Below the pieces are notes generated by a model that was given only the letters and a program-made list of their open reading frames with translations, made no database searches and had not been told where the DNA came from. Shown piece after piece: positions 1 to 15,106 of a stretch of DNA of 64,000 nt. Position numbers and translations under genes: made by a program. Location: assembly GCF_036321535.1 (NCBI RefSeq), contig NC_087447.1:46874001-46938000 (forward strand). The letters run 5' to 3'. The number at the start of each line of letters is the position of its first letter. Positions within the stretch are counted from its first letter, which is position 1. The DNA comes from Camelus dromedarius. Lineage: Eukaryota.

Positions 1-440
1 GAGAAAGCCTTTTGGCCAAATGAAAGATTGTCATTTTTATACTAAAAATACCAGGAGGCTAAGATAGAAAATGACACCATCAGATCTGCACTTTGAAATG
101 ATCATTCTGGCTGCTTGGGTAGAGAATAGATCAAAGCACATAGATTGGAGTGACCTGCTTAAGACTGTTTAAGAGACAGTTGCAGTAATCTGGGCAAGGT
201 GAAGGTAGCTTGGATTAGGGCAGAAATGGTGAGAAGTGGGGAGAAGTGGACTATTTGAGAAGTATTTTAGAGGTAAGTTTGACAGGACTTGGATATAGAT
301 TCGTTCTGGAGACTGAAGGAAACAATATGAGGGAAAGAAAGGGAGGTGTCAAGGCTGACATTTCTAACTCAAGCAACTCCTTGGATGGGATACTCTTCAC
401 TGAGATAGGAAATGCTGCAAGAGGACCAGGTGGAGACCGT
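1..440 (-). mobile_element. LINE-2 fragment
   Basis: Purine-rich motifs resembling the recalled antisense L2 consensus (gagaagtggac..., gacaggacttgg, ttcactgagataggaa). Confidence 0.6.
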
Positions 441-2989
441 GGGGAGACTCTTCAAGCTTAGAATACGGGTAAAATCACAGCCAATCTAAGAAACCCAAGT
501 CAGTATCCCTGTTTCTTTTTTTCAAAATGTAAATATGTCTTTGCTTTGCTGTTGATAACAGTAATACATCCATTTGGTAATTGTATAAACAACACAGACT
601 TGCTCCCCATCTCAATATCATCCTGTTAGGCCTCACCCCAAGGAGGAATATTTCCGAGTTTAATAGACATATGTCCAATTCTATGCTGAAATACGTGTGA
701 CTCTGTCTGGTGAGTGAGGACTGAAGGACATTCAGAAGTTGCTACATCGAGGTTTGGCAGGTTAGGAGGATATCTGGGAAGCAGGTACTCTTGGAACGCC
801 CGGCTAACAGTCCTAGTGTTTAGGCAGCAGATATCAGTGGAGACCAATTGAGAACAAGAAAGGCTTGGCTGTGACTTCACGTGAGGCACCTCAGCAGCTC
901 TTGGTGAGTTTGAGGCAGTTTTGAAGGTAGGAGCCTATTGGCTGCGCAAATTTGCATGTCACTGCTGCTGCGACCTCATTTGTGCCATGAGCTGGTAGTC
1001 TCAGGCCAGTTCACGTTAAATAGAATACTCAGCTGTCACCTCCAGTAGCTTTAATCAGGTACAGTTTTAGATCTAGGACTTTGTTCCTCAGTGTCATGGG
1101 ACTGTTTATTTTTCCTGTAATGAATCAAATTGAAAACAAAGCATATTGGGTCACTTTATAGACAGCCTATTAGATTCTTTTCTGAACAGCTGTCTTATGT
1201 TTTAGCTGCATTTCACGTCTTTTATCTATTTGTGTAGATTTCAGCAATTCCTTTAATCAGTTCACTCCCAAAAGAGATTTCCAGGCCCTGGATTGTCTCA
1301 TTACTAACTTCACTTTCAACTGCAGCTGTTTACTAAGCCTGCTTTATGGCACAGCCAGCTTTTCAAAGTCACTCTCGCCAGAATCCTGTCCTTTACCCTC
1401 TAGTGATTTCTTTTTCTTCTCGTTCTGTTTTTATAGGACCAATTCTCTGCTTTTTCCAGGTTGTTGCCAACTTTATCTCAAGATTATTATTAGCTGTCAA
1501 TTTAAGCATAGCCTTAATTCCCTCAGATGGGTCCCTAATAACCAGCCTACAGAATCCCTCTTATGTCCAAATGGAACTGAGCTCAGAATTGATCCATAAG
1601 TTAGCTTCTCCTCTGGGAGATGGAGCTGTTACATTGGCCTCCCAAAATGGGATTTGAGCTGGGCCTCTTTCCATGCTCTCGGGAAGAATTATTGGGTACT
1701 CCAGTGATTATAAATGATAATCCCTAGTAACATAATTGCCTAATAATGATCATTCCAGCTTCACCAAGAGACCTGGTGGGACAATTTCTCGTTAGGGTGG
1801 AGTGTGCCTCAACCACCAGCTCTTGACCTCTCATATTCTCCTTCCTTTTGTGGGATCTCGCTTGTTACCACCACTACTCCCTAACAGTGTGGCCCAAGGA
1901 TAAACCCATGTACCTCCTTGTACTTACTCTTAGCACAAGAACATAAAGCTCAAACAATCACACTGGACTTTATTAAAGGGTTAAGGATGATAGCAGGAAA
2001 ATAAACCATGAGGATCTGAATGAGGTTAATCTGACTTACCAGGCTGCCTCCTTTCCAGGGCTTTCAGATACTGCCTCATTTAACTCTAGCCTACCTCTTA
2101 GCACCCACCACCTCGAATCCACATCTAGACAACAACATCCTCCAGATGTCTAGACTTACAGCCTGTGTTCCTGACAAAGTAATGCCACCCCTCCCCTATG
2201 CCACAGGCCAGCCTTCTGAATCCTGGTATCTCCTGTGAGGACCTACTCTTCCCTAGGTAACTGACATTGAGAAAGGCTTTCCTTTTCAGAAGAACCACTG
2301 TAACCAGCTGTCTCTTTCAGAGGAGGCATGCTAACTCCTTTCCAAAAAAGGTGATCTTGCTGACCCTAACTATAGACAGGCAGTTTGCTGCTTTCCCAGG
2401 CTCCCATCCTGGGGGCAGGAAGTGGGTCATAGGAAGACTCGATGGCTTGTGATAGTACTGGGTGAGTCACCAGGAGTTAATTCATTGGTTGTTTTCTAAT
2501 AGTCCTAGCAAATATTTCTGAGACTTAGTGACAGGCCTTCTGCTAGGGCTCAGGATGACAACAGATTAGACCAGGCAGGGAAATGGGAAGAAAGACTCCA
2601 ACATGGGATAAAGGAATAGATTGCAATAACTTCACAGTTCTTTCCAACCCTGAGAATTCTAGGGCTCTCTTATTTCTGCCCAAGTCTTTGGTCAAGTGGG
2701 CCTTGGTATGCTCAGGAACTCCTGGGCCCCTAAGCCACAACAACCTCAATTTTAAGAATATCCCTGGCCTTGAAGCCAGGATCTGATCAATGCTTTGGGG
2801 AGGGCAATGTGAGGAAGCCAGGAGACTAGCTTTCTACATTGAGTTACCATGAGTTGGCATTCATTGGCCAACTCATTCATTCGTTTATTCAAGCATCGGT
2901 TATTTATCACCCATCTACAGTGTACAAAGTATGACCACCAAGTGCAACCTTTGCTAGCACCACCACCCACTCCCATATATAGCACTAGT

Positions 2990-3390
2990 TGTTTTTTCTA
3001 AATTGTGATAAAATACACAAGCATACCATCTTAACCACTTTTAAGTGTACAGTTCAGTGGCATTAATACATTTACATGGTTCTGCAACTGTCACCACCAT
3101 CCATCCATAGAACTCTTCATTTTGCAAAACTGAAACTCTATACCCGTTAAACAATAACTCCCCGTTCCCTGCTCCCCTGAGCCCCTGGCAACAATCATTC
3201 TGTTTTCTGTCTCTTACGAATTTGACTACTCTAGATACCTCATGTAAGTGGACTCATACAATATTTGTCTTTTGTGACTGGCTTATTTCACTAAGCATAA
3301 TGTCCACAGGGTTCACCCATGTTATATAATGTGTTAGAATTTCTTTCCTTTTTAAGGCTGAATGATATTCTATTGTGTATATATACCACT
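2990..3390 (-). mobile_element. L1M (L1MA/MB-type) 3' end fragment
   Basis: ttttaagtgtacagttcagtggcattaa ... tttgtgactggcttatttcact, typical of antisense L1M 3'UTR. Confidence 0.75.
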
Positions 3391-4949
3391 CTTTCAGCCC
3401 TAGTAATTTTTCTTAGTCTTTTGTACATTCTGTGATCACAGCCCTTATATCAGAGAGTCATAGTTGATTTTGGAGAGGTACCAGATCAGGAACTAGTCTA
3501 ATTCTTCTCTTGGTCCCCCTCTGGGAGTGGTTTGACCTAAAAAGATCTGTAATTAATTAATTTCACAATTCCTAGAAATAAAACCATGAGGTTTTGTAAT
3601 TCTATTAATAAGTAGTCTCAGTTCCTTTTACCCTGTTCTACACTACTCTGTTTAGTGTAGAATAGCTCTTTGTTTTGCCTCACATGGAGAAATTTGTGAC
3701 TCTCGTTGAGTCAGGTTGACTCAAGGGAATCTTGGATGGTGTCTGTTTTTTCTAGCTGGTTACTGTGAGGTCATAAGCTTGTGACAGCCAGTCAGTATAG
3801 TTTCCATTCACACCCGAAAGTCATGTTGGGGTGGGGGTAGGGTCGTGGAGGATTGTGAAATAAGCTTATTTCTGGGGCTTTCTCCTCTACCAGAGAGATT
3901 GGGCAGGCAGGGTAGTAACATATTTGTTTGTGCTGCTTTGGACCATGTGTCCTACCTCACATTTTCTATCTTCCGGGCAAGTTTCTGTGCCCCAGATTTA
4001 CTATTTCATGGATTCTCAGCAGCCCCAGATAATATGAGGACAGGACTAGCTGCCCATTCATCTGACTTGAAGTAGTGGAAAGAGCTAAGAGGTTAGAGTC
4101 AGACAGACCTAGTTTCAAAATCTCATCCACTTTTAATTGGCTGTGTACTCTTGAGCAAGTTGCTTGACCTCTCTGGTCTTGTTTTCTTAGCTGTAGTAAT
4201 ATTACCAGACCTACAGAATTGTGATAAGGAACAAATGGGTTAATGCCCAGCACTTTGCAGAGTCAGAGTAGCCTGGCTTGTGGCAAATACTCAGTAGATG
4301 ATGATGATGATGGATGGTGATCGCTACCATTTTATCACGTACTGACTGTACCGTCCTGCTGTGCTGTGCTATATACCTGCTGTACTATATACCTGTGCTT
4401 ACCTGGAGCACAGAGGCCCTATAGGATTTGTCTTTGTATCTTCATCACACCTGACACACAGAGCAAGACGCAGAACAGACAAATCATCGTCACAAGTAAT
4501 TGCCAGTTCTCTCTGATGCTATCTATTGTCTGAAGTCATCTCAGACCAGTCGGTGGCATGGAACCTTCACTACTCGAATCCTGAGAAATGGGTATTTTAT
4601 TCAGGTTTTCAGCAAGTATTTCTGGAGCCAGCTACTTGAACTGATGGGCACTGGCTGCTCTCCCTGGCCTCAGGCAGGGCTCTCCTCCTTGGGCATCAGT
4701 CTCCTCACTGGTCAAGGTGCTGGACCAGAAGAGCTCGCAGGGCTTTCATGGCCCACATTTCCTGTGACGGTCAGTGGCTGTAGGTTAGAACTCGTATTTC
4801 CTGAGCACCTACTTTGTGCGAGCTCCTGGGATTTTTGCATGTTTTCTCAGTGCATCTTCCCAATATTGTGAGGCTGGGAGTAGTGTTTCTATCCTGCAAA
4901 AGAGAAATCTGACTCTATCTGGAGAGTTTACCCTCCCATTTTGAGTAAC

Positions 4950-6510
4950 CTCTGTTTCAAATCTTCTCCACTCTCAGACCTCTCACATTCCTTCCCTCTG
5001 TCCCCTTCATTCTGAGCAGATGACCCTGCCTCTTTTTGCCTGAGAAACTAGAACCCAAACAGGAATCCCCACAATTCCTGACATCATATTTACATATCTA
5101 CTCCTGTTTGCGCCTGTCTCCTGCTTCCCTCAGTTACAGTGGAATAAGTGGCCTTTCTCGCATCAGGGGCCAGCCCTACCTGTGCTCTGGGTTCCACACC
5201 TCCTGCCTGCTCAGGGACCCTGTAATCTGTCAACTTCTGTTCTCACCCATGACTTCAACTTCTCCCTCTAATGGGCTCTTCCATTAACCTTTTCAGCATT
5301 CTGTTTCAAAAAATACCCTTTCTTTGGCCCACCTTCTCCTCTATCTACTGAGCCATTTCCTGACATTCACAGCTGACCTTATGAAGTTCCTGTTTCCTTT
5401 TGATCAACTTTTACTTACTTTTTGGCCCATTCTAATCTGGTTCGACTCATACCCTTCTTCTAAAGTAACTCTTACTCAAATCATCCATGACTCCGTGTCA
5501 CCCATTCTGGTGAACTGACTGGTCTCAGCAGCTACCAGCACGGTTGACTCAACCATTCCTACCTTCTTAAAAGGGTTTTTCCCCCTCAGCTTTTGTGACT
5601 TTACTCTGTCCTGGTTTTACTTCTGTCTCTGCTATTTTCTGTCTCCTCTGCTAACTTTCCCTCCCCTTACATGTTATTCTTCCTCTGAGCTCAAGCCTAA
5701 ACTATCCTCTTTGTTCTTCACAGAAAAGGTATTTCCCTTTTCTTTTCCCCTGGCTTCCAGATCTCTCATCCAAAACTCTCTTCTGAGCTCCAGACCTTTT
5801 CTCTTCAGCTGTCTCTTTGGCGTCACCAGTCTGTCCACTTCTTTCAGTTTTTACTACCATCAGGTTAGCCCAGGCCATTACCTTTGCACAGGCCCACATC
5901 ATCTGTTGCTTTTAAAGAGCGGTAACTGTCTCTTAGCTGGTCTCTCTGAATCCATGTTGGCCTCATCTCCAGTCCACTTTTTATACAGACGACAGAGTGA
6001 TCTTTTAAAAATATGAATCTGATCGTGTTCCTCCTTACTTAAATAAAGCCTCTAGACAACTTCCCATTTTAAGCCCAAGATCTTTCATGTGGCCAGTAAG
6101 GTCTTACTGCTTTCCTCTTTCTGTAGGTTCCTTTCAGTTTCTCAAATACACCGAGTCCTTCCTGCCCCCAGGGCCTCTTTGCACTTCTGCCTTTCTTCCC
6201 CTCACTAACGCCCACCCATCCTTTACCTCAGCCTCAAATGCCGCTCCCACCAGGAAGCCACCTCAGGTGACCAAGGCTTGGTTAGGAACCCCTTTCACTG
6301 CTGTGTTCTTTGGTAGCCTTTTTAATGCCTTTTAAGTAAGTAATTATCATTTTAGACTTTTTAATAATTAGTTCTCATCTTATGTAAATATTTTTTTAAT
6401 GTCAATCTCCCCTAGCTGTAGATTCCATGAGGACAGAGGCCAGCTATGTGTTTTTCCGGCATTCTGTCCCAAGGTCTTAACACCAGTGACTGATACTTAG
6501 TAGGTGCCCA
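4950..6510 (+). mobile_element. LINE-2 3' portion, degraded
   Basis: Pyrimidine-rich L2-like motifs ending in gattccatgaggacag...tagtaggtgcccaat. Confidence 0.6.
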
Positions 6511-6524
6511 ATGTATTTTATTTT

Positions 6525-6742
6525 TTATTTTATTTTATTTTTTAATATATTTTTATTGAAGTATAGTCAGTTTGCAATGCTGTGTCAATTTCTGGTGTAC
6601 AGCACAATACTTCAGTCATAGGAACATACATATGTTCGTTTTTATATTCTTTTTCACCATAAGTTACTACAAGATATTGAATATAGTCCCCTCTGCTGTA
6701 CAGTATAAACTTGCTGTTTATCTATTTTATGTATAGTAGTTA
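6525..6742 (-). mobile_element. L1 3' end (artiodactyl type)
   Basis: Poly-T, then ttttattgaagtatagtcagtt...tttctggtgtacagc; similar copy near 42590-42800. Confidence 0.7.
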
Positions 6743-7147
6743 CCAATATATTTTGACAGAAGGAGGGAGGAAGAATTTAAGTGGCTTGCTCAAGGTCATC
6801 AAGATAGTAAGTGACAGAGGATGGAAATGCAGTCTGTCTAATCCTGACAAATTAGTTGCACAACAATGTGAATATACTTATTAACACTACCAGACTGTAT
6901 ATTTTAAAGTAGTTAAGATGGTAAATTCTGTATTCTGTGTGTTTTACCATAGTTTTTACAACAATGACAAGAAAGAAAGAAACAATAGGTTAAATTTCAA
7001 CTTTTTTCTCCTTGGGGCAGAGGGAAATGCTGTATAGCTATTTAACAATAAACCACAAGGAAACTACAGAATTTGGGATTCCGTTTTGGAACGTAGAATT
7101 GGTTATCCATTGTGATTGAGTGTGATGGTGAATGGTCTTTTAAAGTT

Positions 7148-7441
7148 GGGTGTGTCTCGTTGTCTTGCACTTTGCTTTATTGCACTTTGCAGATAATTCA
7201 GGGTTTTTTTTTTACAAATGGAAGGCTTGTGACAGCCCTGTGTCAGCAAGTCTGTCAGCACCATTTTCTAAGAGCACTTGCTCACTTTGTGTCTGTGTCG
7301 CATTTTGGTATTTCTTACACTATCTCGAACTTTTTCATTAATTTTATATTCATTATATGCACCAGGAAACTGAAAAATCCCTGTGACTCGTTTTATTGCA
7401 GTCTTCTGGAACCAAACCTGCAATACCTCTGAGGTTGGCCT
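7148..7441 (+). mobile_element. Internally deleted Tigger1 (TcMar) derivative
   Basis: Both recalled Tigger1 ends are present (ctttattgcactttgcagat...tttacaaat.gaagg; ctggaaccaaacctgcaatacctctgaggttggcct) with no transposase; TA at the right flank. Confidence 0.8.
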
Positions 7442-7774
7442 ATAATATATATTCATTAAGGAAAATATGAGTGCAGAGAAGTAGGCAGCTAATCCTGCTA
7501 CCAAACTCTCTCTCATGTGAACATTCTCATACATTTCCTCATGATCTTTTGATAGATTTGGGCTTGTCTTCACATGTGCTGATAATACAGTGCCTCCGAT
7601 TTGGTACCCTGCTTCAGACACCTAATGTTACATCTCAAGCTTCAATTGACTCACTGTCTAGTCCCTTGAGTGCGAACCATGATTTATTTAGGCATTTTCC
7701 TGGTATTGGTCATTTATGGTTGTTTCCATTTCTCTGCTTGCTTTTGTTTGTTTGCTTCTGTTCTTTTTGTTAAC

Positions 7775-8330
7775 TGTTTTTATTGTAAAATATATGTAAC
7801 ATAAAATTCACCATTTTAGCCATTTTTAAGTGTACAGCTCAGTGCATTAATTATATTTACAGTATTGTGCAATTGTCACTACTGTTTCCAAAATTTTTCA
7901 TCACTCCAAACTGAAACTATACCCTTTAAGCAATAACTCGCTATTTCCTCCCCCAGCCCTATTCTGTGAATTTGCCTATTCTGGATGTTTTATCTAAATG
8001 GAGTCATACATTTGTCCTTTTGTGTCTTAGTGTAATATTTTCAAGGTGCAGGCATGTCGTAGCATGTATCAGGACTTCATTACTTTTATGACTGAATGAC
8101 ATCCCACTGTAGGGATATACCACGTTGTGTTTCTCCATTCTTCCGCTGAGGGTCACTTGGGTTGTTTTCATCTTCTGGCCATTTGTGATTGCTGCTGCTG
8201 TGAGCATTGGTGTACAAGTGTGTGGTCAGCTTCTGTTTTCATTCTTTAGGGGTATGTACCTGAGAATGGAATTGCTGTGTTGTGTGGTAACTCTGCATTT
8301 AACTTTTTGAGCGCTTGCCAGACTCTTTGC
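7775..8330 (-). mobile_element. L1MB-type 3' end fragment
   Basis: aaattcaccattttagccatttttaagtgtacagctcagtgcattaa ... ggaattgctg. Confidence 0.75.
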
Positions 8331-8795
8331 TTCTTTAATTATAAATAACACTTAAATGAGTATCTGTATGCATGAAGCTTTTTTTAGATTTCTACTATTT
8401 CTTTAAATTCCTTTAGGAGAAACTAATGGGTTAAATGGTGTGACAGTTTGCCAAATCCTATCGAAAAGGATTGAACCTCTTTTGCTGCTGCCACAAGTGT
8501 CTTGAGAATGCCCTTGTCACCCAACCCGCATTGCACCGGGTGCTTCACCATTTCAAATCTTGAAGAAGAGCTGTTGTCCATCTCTCATGGAACCAGAGTC
8601 TGGCCGCAGACTGGCTTTGCTGATGTAGCCCCCGATCACCAGCCCTGAGCCCTTCTCCCTCCCTTGTCCCTGATGCTGACCCAGCCCAGTCTTTAGGTCC
8701 TATTAGACTTGGCTTCCCAGCCCATCTCTGGTCTATTCCTTTCACTCCATCTGCCCAGCAAAGACCTGAGGCCTCTGCGTACTTTCCCGCTTTGA

Positions 8796-11396
<2,601 letters not shown>

Positions 11397-12018
11397 TCAG
11401 GAAGAAGAGCATCCACCCACCATGGACCTCAGGGCTCTCTCCTCCCTGCCCTCCAAGACCTCCTGGGTGGGAAAGACTCAAAGGGGCACTCGGGCCACTC
11501 AGGACCCCCCTGGCTGTGTCCAGGCTGGGGAGGGGTATGAGGGAGAGCCAGCTGGTGGGGCTGTCAGCAGTGGGGGCTTTTTAAAAGAAAACTATTTTGA
11601 TGAATATATTTAAAAACCTTTTTTTATTGTGGAGCATAGGAATTGCCCTAACTCCTCCAGGCCTCCGCCTCTCTACCTGAGCAGGGTGGGAGCGAGCTAC
11701 AACATTTTTGGTGTAAAGGAGCCTTCTCACCTCTGGCTGAGAGCCCCAACCCCTCCCCTCCCTTCCGAGTGTGGGGCGCCAGCCTGGTGCAGTCAGTGTG
11801 GAGGAGCCAGAGAGCCCTGGGTGGTGCACCGATGAGCACTGAGGGGTGAGACTTCCTCCCTGCTCACCTGGCTGGGGGCCCCGGGCAGGCACTGTCTGAC
11901 TCCGTCTTCCCCTGTGCAGGGGCCATAGGCTGGTTGAGGCAAGTGGACCCTTGTGACTTTTTCTAACAAGGGAAGCCCTGGGACCTCAGAACTCACTGAG
12001 GATTTGTTTGGGAGTGAC

Positions 12019-12042
12019 CAGCAGCAGCAGCAGCAGCAGCAG
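12019..12042 (+). repeat. (CAG)8 in the RNF121 3'UTR
   Basis: Directly visible. Confidence 0.95.
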
Positions 12043-12244
12043 CTTGGGGAATCTGCCTGAGCAGGGCTGTACTCAGCCAAGAAGAAAGACCATCCATACA
12101 CAACTGAGCCCAGGGAGCTGCTGTCAGCAGCAGTGATTGAGGGCTGCTTATGCAAGCTGACCCTCTGCCCACAAGTGGTGACACGTGCCAAAGGCCACTG
12201 CCATGTCACTTCCTTCCCTGAATGCCCGAGGGAGCGGTGTGCGC

Positions 12245-12263
12245 GTGTGTGTGTGTGTGTGTG
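12245..12263 (+). repeat. (GT)n microsatellite in the RNF121 3'UTR
   Basis: Directly visible. Confidence 0.9.
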
Positions 12264-12610
12264 TATGCATGGCAGAGGGACTATGACAAATGTGAGACTT
12301 CTTCCTGTGGTCACAGTGTTCCCTTAAAGCTGGCAGGGGATTCCCAGCCCAAGGAATAGCTATCCCCATGTTAGCCTTGTCACCCATGGGTCCTGCCCGG
12401 GCCTGGCAACACGAGTCAGGGGGCAGCAGGAAGAGGGTCAGGCCCAGGTGAGTATGGGTTCTGGAAAGGGGTTCTAGGTAGGCCCCAGTTCTGGTCCTAA
12501 GAGTTTTGAAGGAAGTGGGAGGGCAACACAGCCCTTCCGCACTGGATTCTTAGGGAATATGGCCCTTCAAGTGCAGCAAGAGCCAAGCAGGATCTTGTGA
12601 CTCTGTTCTG

Positions 12611-12616
12611 AATAAA
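12611..12616 (+). terminator. RNF121: Probable RNF121 polyadenylation signal
   Basis: AATAAA about 1.2 kb after the stop codon; first one noticed in the 3'UTR. Confidence 0.7.
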
Positions 12617-13273
12617 GCTCCGTGAGCTGGGCTGGAAAGCTGAACATCCATCTTGCTTTTCTTCTTCCCACCTCTTTCCCTGGGGCCTGGGGATGGCGGC
12701 CCTGCCCAACGTCCCTGAGGCAGAAAAGGCCCTGGGCTGACCCTGGGTGACTGTCCTCACCACCTGAGGTCAGGTCCCTCCTCACCACCTCTCCAGGTCC
12801 CTCTCAACTTTGGCTTCTCTTACCCAGCTGTGGCTTCCCAGGTCCCCCCATCTTCAGAGAGTGGAATGGGTACAGGGGTCATCCTTTCACTTTTGTCCCC
12901 CACATCCCCATGTCAGGCTCCCATGAGAAGTTGAGGCCAGGCTGCCTGAGGCGCTCTCTTCATATTCCAGCAGTCCTGAGTCCCATGACTTCCCAGCAGC
13001 CCGACTCTGGCCTTGGTTACACTCACACTTGGTTATCTCCTCTCCCTTGCATCCCCACCCCCCTCCCCAAAGGGCTGTGTCTCTCAGAAGCCCCAGGCAG
13101 CCTTGCCTCCCAACCTGCTGGAGACACTGGTGTCCCTAGGGTGGAGTTTCTCAGCATCTTGCAGCCCAGAATCTCCTGGGGCAAGAGGTAGGGGGAGGAA
13201 CTGAAAAGATGAAAATGTCCTGGGAAAGAGGAGTTAACTTTTAGTCTCCTGTGTGTACGTTAGTCCGGTTTTT

Positions 13274-13294
13274 ACACACACACACACACACACA

Positions 13295-13365
<71 letters not shown>

Positions 13366-13382
13366 CCACACACACACACACA
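13274..13382. repeat. Compound (CA)n(CT)n(CA)n microsatellite
   Basis: Directly visible. Confidence 0.95.
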
Positions 13383-14521
13383 CTCACAACCTCTTGGGAT
13401 TGCAGCAGGCGATAGTCCTCATGCATCTTCTAAACCTGATTCTACCTCCTAGCCTCCCTGGCTCTGTCCCCAGCATCCCATCCTCCTGATCACAGAAACC
13501 ACCAACCCCAGACACTCAGGTCTGCCCTTCACTGTGCTCTCTGCATGCAGTGGATCACCAGTCCTATTCTTTCTGCGTCCGCGGGCACGTGCATGACCCT
13601 GACAGTGAATGCCTCCCTCATCTCACCCGAGTCCTGGCCTTGCCACAGCGCCAGCTGCATTTGATGTATTCATATAGCTCTGTTGTTACTCAAGCCAGTG
13701 GTGGGTACTCCGCTCTTTCTGGGAAGTGCCCTCTCCTGCCCTCAGGGCCAGCACTCCAATTTGTGTTCCAAGTGCTCAGCTTGTCTGAGAGGTTCCCGCA
13801 GACAAGGCCAGCGAGTGCTCTAGGATAGCTCCCGGGTGGCTCACATAGGGCCAGACGCAGCTGAACTGAGCCATGGCGCTCCAAGAAGGGGCAATTCCAG
13901 AAAGGAGGGCTCTTCAGGGCTTCTTGGGAGCCAGGGAGGGGGAATCTAGACTTCCCTGTGAACTTAGATCTATAGCTGTGGCCAAGGGGCTGGGATGACA
14001 AAAGTGAGAAAGGTTCATGAGGATGATGGCTGGGTGTTGGGTTGGTGGTTGGAGGGAGTGGGGAGCCTGAGAAAGGCCAGGATGTGGATGGGCTGGTGTG
14101 ACATTGAGCCTGGAGTGGTCAAAGTGATCCAGCTTGGGATCCCCAGCGCCTAGAAGAGTCGTCCCCTTGAATATAGTGTGAATGTGGAGGAAGGAGGAGG
14201 CCTGCTCACGTGGAATAGTGAAAGTGGACACCAAAGTCCTTACCCTCGGCTGGGATGGAAGAATTCATGTGTGAGAGACCGAGTAGTTCACACCTTGTGT
14301 GACCCTGGGAGGGTGGGGCTGAGCATGGGTTAAAGACCTCAGTGTGGTATCACCAAGCAGGGGGACTTGAGAGTTAGCAAGAAGGTTCCTGGCCACTGTG
14401 AATTTTGACTCAGGAAGAGGCACGGTGTGCAGGAACCTTAAGGACTAGGCCCAGGCTTTTGTCATGTGTGTGCACCTTCTCTTAGTGGCCAGAGCCTGCT
14501 CTAGGGAATCCTGGTTAGAAT

Positions 14522-14567
14522 AAAAGTGAAAGTGAAATAGAGGGGAGAGGGCAGTACTTTCCCAGAA
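14522..14567 (+). promoter_or_regulatory. IL18BP: IL18BP IFN-gamma-responsive proximal promoter: IRF-E/ISRE (14522-14537) and GAS (14559-14567)
   Basis: AAAAGTGAAAGTGAAA followed by TTCCCAGAA (TTCN3GAA), just upstream of a non-coding exon; same architecture as the known IL18BP promoter. Confidence 0.85.
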
Positions 14568-14589
14568 GGATTTCACTGTATATCCTGCC

Positions 14590-14642
14590 CTTACCAGAAC
14601 CAGCTCTGACAGCGAAGCGAGCTTTGCCTCCCTTGTGACTAG
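14590..14642 (+). other. IL18BP: IL18BP non-coding first exon (start approximate)
   Basis: Consensus donor AG|GTAAGT at 14643 just after the GAS; next acceptor cctcccccag opens the ATG-containing exon at 15019. Confidence 0.65.
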
Positions 14643-15078
14643 GTAAGTCCCTGGTCCTTTGGGGCCTCAGTTTCTCATCCCTATAATGAAGGGGTTAGGC
14701 TAGACTAATAACCAGCATGATGTTGACAGTAATAAGAGCTCGGGTGGTGAAAGACTGTTACGAGGTGATCTCCTAGCTTTGTTTCTAAGGCTTGAAAGAA
14801 CTCCAGCCTGGGCTTGATGCCAGCCCTCCAGGAGTTGTCAGGTAGACAGGATGGAGTGAACAGCAGTGCCTGGCAGCCCACTGAAAGTTCAGACATAGGG
14901 AGGGGCTGTGGAGTCCACAGGGAGAAGAAGGCCACACCTATGGCTGGGATCTAAGCAAGCCACTGAGAAGACACGGGAGAAGCAGTTTATTCACCATCTC
15001 CTCCCCCGCCTCCCCCAGAGAGGAGGAAGTTGTCACAGATATATAGAGCCAGACACGCCAGCTCCTGACACACGCATC

Positions 15079-15106
15079 ATGACCATGAGACAGAGCTGGA
15101 TTCCAG
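15079..15106 (+). CDS. IL18BP: IL18BP coding exon 1 (MTMRQSWIP)
   Basis: ATG at 15079; CAG|GTGGGA donor. Confidence 0.9.

Noticed and set aside
4362..4395. Short tandem micro-duplications (also near 44495, 47636 and 55036)
   Set aside because: Two-copy slippage events of 11-16 nt, ordinary in introns; not arrays.
4680..4715. GISLL peptide resembling the preceding RNF121 exon (recalled DFGISLLFYG)
   Set aside because: Flanking residues do not match and there are no fitting splice sites; chance match.
14580..14590. ATATCCTG resembling an AT-AC U12 donor near the IL18BP start; also GTATCCTTG near 34912 and 36849 on +
   Set aside because: No partner branch site/acceptor or exon; the latter two are antisense to NUMA1.
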